A stretch of 39,202 bases of DNA, taken from NCBI GenBank assembly GCA_039027595.1, contig JBCCKB010000001.1, positions 1 through 39,202 on the forward strand. The letters run 5' to 3'. A model generated the notes under the pieces. It was given only the letters and a program-made list of their open reading frames with translations. It had not been told where the DNA came from and did not search any database. Source of the DNA: Pseudomonadota bacterium. GTDB lineage: Bacteria; Pseudomonadota; Alphaproteobacteria; Rhodobacterales; Rhodobacteraceae. The first letter of the stretch is position 1. Every line of letters begins with the position of its first letter. The translations under genes were made by a program, and so were the position numbers. Shown here one piece after another: positions 35,287 through 39,202 of the stretch.

Positions 35287-36369
35287 CTAGCCATCCACCG
35301 CCTCGCGCATCCAGCGCTGGAGGTACATGACGGAGTGCTCCGATCGCACACCGCCCTCGGGGTTCACGACAAGCGGACCGGGTACATATCCCCGCGATGA
35401 GAGCCCGCGCTGAACCGACTCGACCAGGGTGATGTCCTCTTCGACGGTGGTGGCCCGGTCTTGCACGGCGAGGCGACGGATCACGTCGCTATCCCAGCCG
35501 CCCTCGGTGTACCAGCCGCGCCAAACCACGACATGGGACGCATCGATCGCCCGCCAGTGGTAAGTGTTCAGGACATTGCCCGGGTAGACCTGGAACGAGA
35601 ACATCGGCCACAGAAACCAGCTTGAGTATTCTTCGGCATGGGCGCGCGAGGTGTCGATCTCATAGGTCATCGCCTCGAGGTTCTGGCACTCGGTCGTGTG
35701 GCGCAGGCAGTGTCCCTGGGGTTGGATATCGTAGGTCTCGGGCTTGACGACGCCGGTGGCGAAGGTGGGATGGTTCAGCGCGCAGTGGTAGCACTCTGAG
35801 TAATTCTCGACGGAGACCTTCCAGTTGCAGTTTTCGGGGATCTCGACCCATTCGAGGGGCTTCAGCGTCTCCCAATGCGGGACCCACTCCTCGAGCTCGG
35901 CGCGGGCTCCGGGGAACCACTCGTCCATGGGGTCGGCCTCTGGGTCGAGATTAATGAAGACAAAGCCGAGGAAGGTCTCGGTGCGAACCTCGGTGAGGCA
36001 AATCTCGCCTGCGTCGAAACCGGGCACATTGCGTGAGCCCGGCGCCGCGCGAAGTCGGCCCGTCAGCTCGTAGGTCCAGGCGTGGTACGGGCAGACCACG
36101 ACCCGGGTCGAGCCCTTGCCTTCGACGAGTTGGTGCGCGCGGTGTTGGCAGACGTTATAGAATGTCCGGATCACGCCATCGCGGTCCTTGATCGAGAAGA
36201 GGCTTTCGCCGGCCAGGGAGAACGCGGTGTAGTCGCCGGGCCTCTCCAGGTCGCTCGCATGGCAGGCAAACTGCCAGGTTCGCGCGAAGACCCCGGCGCG
36301 TTCCACCTCGAAGATCCCCGGGTCTGTGTAGTATCGTGCCGCGAGCGAGCGGACGAGTTCGGCGCTCAT
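35287..36369 (-). CDS. Rieske non-heme iron oxygenase alpha subunit (quaternary-amine CntA/CMO/Stc2-like group)
   Basis: CQH..CPYHAW Rieske motif; NWK..VENYSECYHC..H iron site with bridging Glu. Confidence 0.9.
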   Translation of the reverse strand: MSAELVRSLAARYYTDPGIFEVERAGVFARTWQFACHASDLERPGDYTAFSLAGESLFSIKDRDGVIRTFYNVCQHRAHQLVEGKGSTRVVVCPYHAWTYELTGRLRAAPGSRNVPGFDAGEICLTEVRTETFLGFVFINLDPEADPMDEWFPGARAELEEWVPHWETLKPLEWVEIPENCNWKVSVENYSECYHCALNHPTFATGVVKPETYDIQPQGHCLRHTTECQNLEAMTYEIDTSRAHAEEYSSWFLWPMFSFQVYPGNVLNTYHWRAIDASHVVVWRGWYTEGGWDSDVIRRLAVQDRATTVEEDITLVESVQRGLSSRGYVPGPLVVNPEGGVRSEHSVMYLQRWMREAVDG

Positions 36370-37253
36370 GCGGGCTCCTCCAGGTAAAGCCCAAGGGCGT
36401 GGCGGCGCGCGTGGAAGCGCTCGACCCGGGCCACGATTTCGTCCGACGCGAGCGAGATCACGAAGCTCAGAAGGGTTTCCAGGAGCGCGATGGCGGAAAC
36501 GGAGGATGGAAAGAATTGCGGGGTGTCAGCCGCGACGAGAAAGCCGTGGTTGGCGGCACGGATGATCGGGCTGGCAGGACTGTCGGAAATGCCGACGATC
36601 GGAACGCCCTGGTCGCGCGCAAGCGCCACCGCCGCGACAACTTCGGTGCGGTAGGGCCGGCACGTCAGCGCAATGAGGATGTCATTTTCGTCGGCCCAGG
36701 CAAGATCGTCCACCGGCGTTGAGCCAGGGCGCGGTATCGCGTGGAATTCCTGCATCCCCGTCGATGCGAGGTAGGTAAAGTTGCGTGCGTTCGCGTTGTT
36801 GACCCCCACGCCCAGCGTATAGACCCGCCGTGCGTCCCAGATCGCGCGGGCGGCCTCCTCGAGCGCTTCCGCCGTGATCCCCGCAAACGTCTCCTCGATG
36901 TTGCGGATCGCGGCGCCCACTAGGTCGGCGTATAGACCACCCAGCTCCCCCGACTTGGCGATGTCCTGGAGCCAACGCGCGCGGTCGGGAAAACTGACCG
37001 CGCCGTTGCGGATCGCGTCGCGAAACGGCGCCCGGAAGTCCTCGTAGCCGTCAAAGCCGATTTGGCGCGCCATGCGGACCAGGGTGTTGGGTTTGACGCG
37101 GGCCGCCTCGGCCATCTCGCGCACGGTGGACACGCCCACGTCCTGGGGGTTCTCAAGCACATAGCGTGCGGCCTTTTGGGCTTCGGGCGTCAGGCTCTCC
37201 CACTCGCCCACAAGGCGATCCAGCACAGTCGATGATACAATCGTCTCATTCAT
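36366..37253 (-). CDS. MurR/RpiR family transcriptional regulator (HTH + SIS)
   Basis: LTPEAQKAARYVLENP, PNTLVRMARQIGFDGYEDFR, ISDSPASPI; ATGA overlap with the Rieske gene. Confidence 0.92.
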   Translation of the reverse strand: MNETIVSSTVLDRLVGEWESLTPEAQKAARYVLENPQDVGVSTVREMAEAARVKPNTLVRMARQIGFDGYEDFRAPFRDAIRNGAVSFPDRARWLQDIAKSGELGGLYADLVGAAIRNIEETFAGITAEALEEAARAIWDARRVYTLGVGVNNANARNFTYLASTGMQEFHAIPRPGSTPVDDLAWADENDILIALTCRPYRTEVVAAVALARDQGVPIVGISDSPASPIIRAANHGFLVAADTPQFFPSSVSAIALLETLLSFVISLASDEIVARVERFHARRHALGLYLEEPA

Positions 37254-37261
37254 GATTGACG

Positions 37262-37279
37262 ATGGTACATGTGTCCCAT
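37262..37279. promoter_or_regulatory. Palindrome ATGGTACA-TG-TGTCCCAT, candidate RpiR operator
   Basis: 7 of 8 arm positions pair; sits between TTGACG (37256) and TACGCT (37280) in the 60-bp divergent gap. Confidence 0.6.
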
Positions 37280-37313
37280 TACGCTGTCGAGCGCAAACTT
37301 TGGAGTCGCGGAT

Positions 37314-39202
37314 ATGTCCTCTGCCCTTCCCACCCACGCACGCGTCGTCATTGTCGGAGGCGGTGTCATGGGCGTCGGCCTTGCCTACCATCTCGCCCAC
37401 GAGGGTTGGGGCCCCGAGGTGGTGCTTCTAGAGAAGGCAGAGCTCACCAGCGGGTCGACCTGGCACGCGGCGGGGCAGATCACCCAGTCGACGTCGTCGT
37501 TCAGCTTGGGCAAATGCGTCGACTACAATATCGGGCTCTACGCGGGCGGGCTCGAGGCCGAGACCGGGCAACCGGTGACCTGGCACGGCTGCGGCTCGTT
37601 CCGGCTGGCCTATGAGCCCGACGAGATGGACTGGCTTCGCCATACGCTTTCGGTGGGTCGCGCGCTTGGGTTCCGGATGGAACTTGTCGGTCCGGAGCGG
37701 GTGGCGGAATTGCATCCGTTCTATAACCTAGAGGGCGTCCTTGGCGCGCTCCACACCCCGGATGACGGCCACGTGGACCCGACGAATGTCACCATGGCCA
37801 TGGCCGCGGGTGCCCGGGCCAAGGGCGCGCGGATCATCCGCCGCTGCCGGGCAACGAACATCACCAAGTCCGGCGACGAATGGCTCGTGGAGACCGAGCA
37901 AGGGGCGATCCGGTGCGCGCATGTTGTCAACGCGGGCGGCACCTATGCGCGCCAGATGGGCCTCTGGTCGGGGCTCGAGCTGCCGATGACCTCGATGACC
38001 CACCACTACTTCGTGACCGAGCCGGTGCCGGAATTCGAGAGCCTTGAGAGAGAACTCCCGGTGATCCGCGACGACCGCAAAGTCTCGGGCTACATCCGGA
38101 TGGAGCAGAAACGCGGGCTCATTGGGATCTACGAAAAGGAGAACCCGAACACGGTCTGGGTCGACCACTGCCCCTGGGAGGCGGAGAACGAGCTTTTCGA
38201 CCCCGACTACGACCGTGTGATGCCTTGGCTGGAAGAAAGCCTAAACCGGATGCCGGTGTTTGCCGAACTGGGCATCCAGCGGAGCGTTCACGGCGCAATC
38301 TCGCATCCGCCGGATGGCAACCCCTTGGTGGGCCCCGCGCCCGGCGTGCGGAATTACTGGTGCGCCTGCGGCACGCAGATCGGGATCGGCTGGGGCCCCG
38401 GGCTCACGCGCGAGTTGGCGCGCTGGATGGTGCATGGGGCGGCGGACATCTCCATGCGCGACTACGACCCGCGGAGGTTCGGGGCTTACGCGGATCAGGA
38501 TTGGCAGGTGGTGAAGGCGAAGGAGGATTACTGCCTCCGCCACGAGATCCCCTACCCGCATCTGAACCGTCTGCACGGGCGACCGGTCAAGCCCTCACCG
38601 CTTTATGAGCGGCTGAAGGAAAGGGGCGCGGTGTTCGAGGAAGTCTACGGCCACGAGCGGCCGAGGTTCTTCGCACAGGGCATCGCGCAGCGGGATCATT
38701 ACGGGTTCCGGCGCACGCCGGTCGATGGGATGGTTGCGGCGGAATGCGCGGCGGTGCGCGGGGCCGCCGGCATCATGGACATATCCGCCTTCACAAAAAT
38801 CGAAGTGGCGGGGCCGGAGGCGGCGGCCTTCCTCGACCGGCTGGTGGCGAACCGGCTTCCGAAAAAGGTCGGGGGCATCGCGCTGACCCATATGCTGAAC
38901 CGGCGCGGTCGGATTGAGCTCGAGACCACCGTTGTCCGGCTTGGAGAGGAGCGGTTCTATCTCGTCTGCGCGGCGTTTTTCGAGCAGCGTCTCCTCGACC
39001 ACCTCGCAGTTCAGCGGGAGGACGAGGACGTGACCGTCACGAACCGATCGGACGGCTGGGCGGCGCTGGCGCTGAACGGCCCCCGGGCGCGGGATATCCT
39101 CGGTGCCTGTACCTCGGCGCCTCTCGACAACGCCTCCTTCCGCTGGCTGACGGCGCAAACGATCGACGTTGCGGGCGTGCCGCTGTGGGCGTTCCGGATG
39201 TC
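37314..39202 (+). CDS. GcvT-family FAD-dependent oxidoreductase (dimethylglycine/sarcosine dehydrogenase-like), 3' end outside the window
   Basis: VVIVGGGVMG, LTSGSTWHAAG, HTPDDGHVDP; same frame still reads FRWLTAQTIDVAG at the window end. Confidence 0.92.
   Translation, partial: MSSALPTHARVVIVGGGVMGVGLAYHLAHEGWGPEVVLLEKAELTSGSTWHAAGQITQSTSSFSLGKCVDYNIGLYAGGLEAETGQPVTWHGCGSFRLAYEPDEMDWLRHTLSVGRALGFRMELVGPERVAELHPFYNLEGVLGALHTPDDGHVDPTNVTMAMAAGARAKGARIIRRCRATNITKSGDEWLVETEQGAIRCAHVVNAGGTYARQMGLWSGLELPMTSMTHHYFVTEPVPEFESLERELPVIRDDRKVSGYIRMEQKRGLIGIYEKENPNTVWVDHCPWEAENELFDPDYDRVMPWLEESLNRMPVFAELGIQRSVHGAISHPPDGNPLVGPAPGVRNYWCACGTQIGIGWGPGLTRELARWMVHGAADISMRDYDPRRFGAYADQDWQVVKAKEDYCLRHEIPYPHLNRLHGRPVKPSPLYERLKERGAVFEEVYGHERPRFFAQGIAQRDHYGFRRTPVDGMVAAECAAVRGAAGIMDISAFTKIEVAGPEAAAFLDRLVANRLPKKVGGIALTHMLNRRGRIELETTVVRLGEERFYLVCAAFFEQRLLDHLAVQREDEDVTVTNRSDGWAALALNGPRARDILGACTSAPLDNASFRWLTAQTIDVAGVPLWAFRM

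Overview
High-GC alphaproteobacterial chromosome segment; gene order and protein features point to Rhodobacteraceae/Roseobacter group. Core genes: atpI-B-E-F'-F (Fo operon), ffh, chorismate mutase, rpsP, rimM, trmD, rplS, rpmE, mipZ, putR/putA. Accessory content interleaved with them: (i) a LysR regulator split by one in-frame TAA, divergent from azoR; (ii) four tandem RimJ/RimL-type GNATs joined to ffh and chorismate mutase by seven consecutive ATGA stop/start overlaps, two of the links being unannotated micro-ORFs; (iii) an 11-bp-period tandem element present twice, each copy starting at the TGA of an upstream gene; (iv) an orphan Pnap_2097/LnmK-like protein between trmD and rplS; (v) a near-consensus NrdR box upstream of mipZ; (vi) a 1595-aa GT2 + GT41 (OGT/HMW1C-like) + sulfotransferase fusion directly downstream of a small secreted protein with N-X-S sequons, the best candidate for an undescribed protein glyco-sulfation system; (vii) an Lrp-linked YqcI/YcgG + cupin + YjeH-like exporter cassette; (viii) an RpiR/Rieske oxygenase/ALDH/CMD/GcvT-family cluster, probably for methylated-amine catabolism. 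No rRNA, tRNA, CRISPR array, transposase or integrase was recognised. All family calls come from motif recognition by eye, not from database searches.
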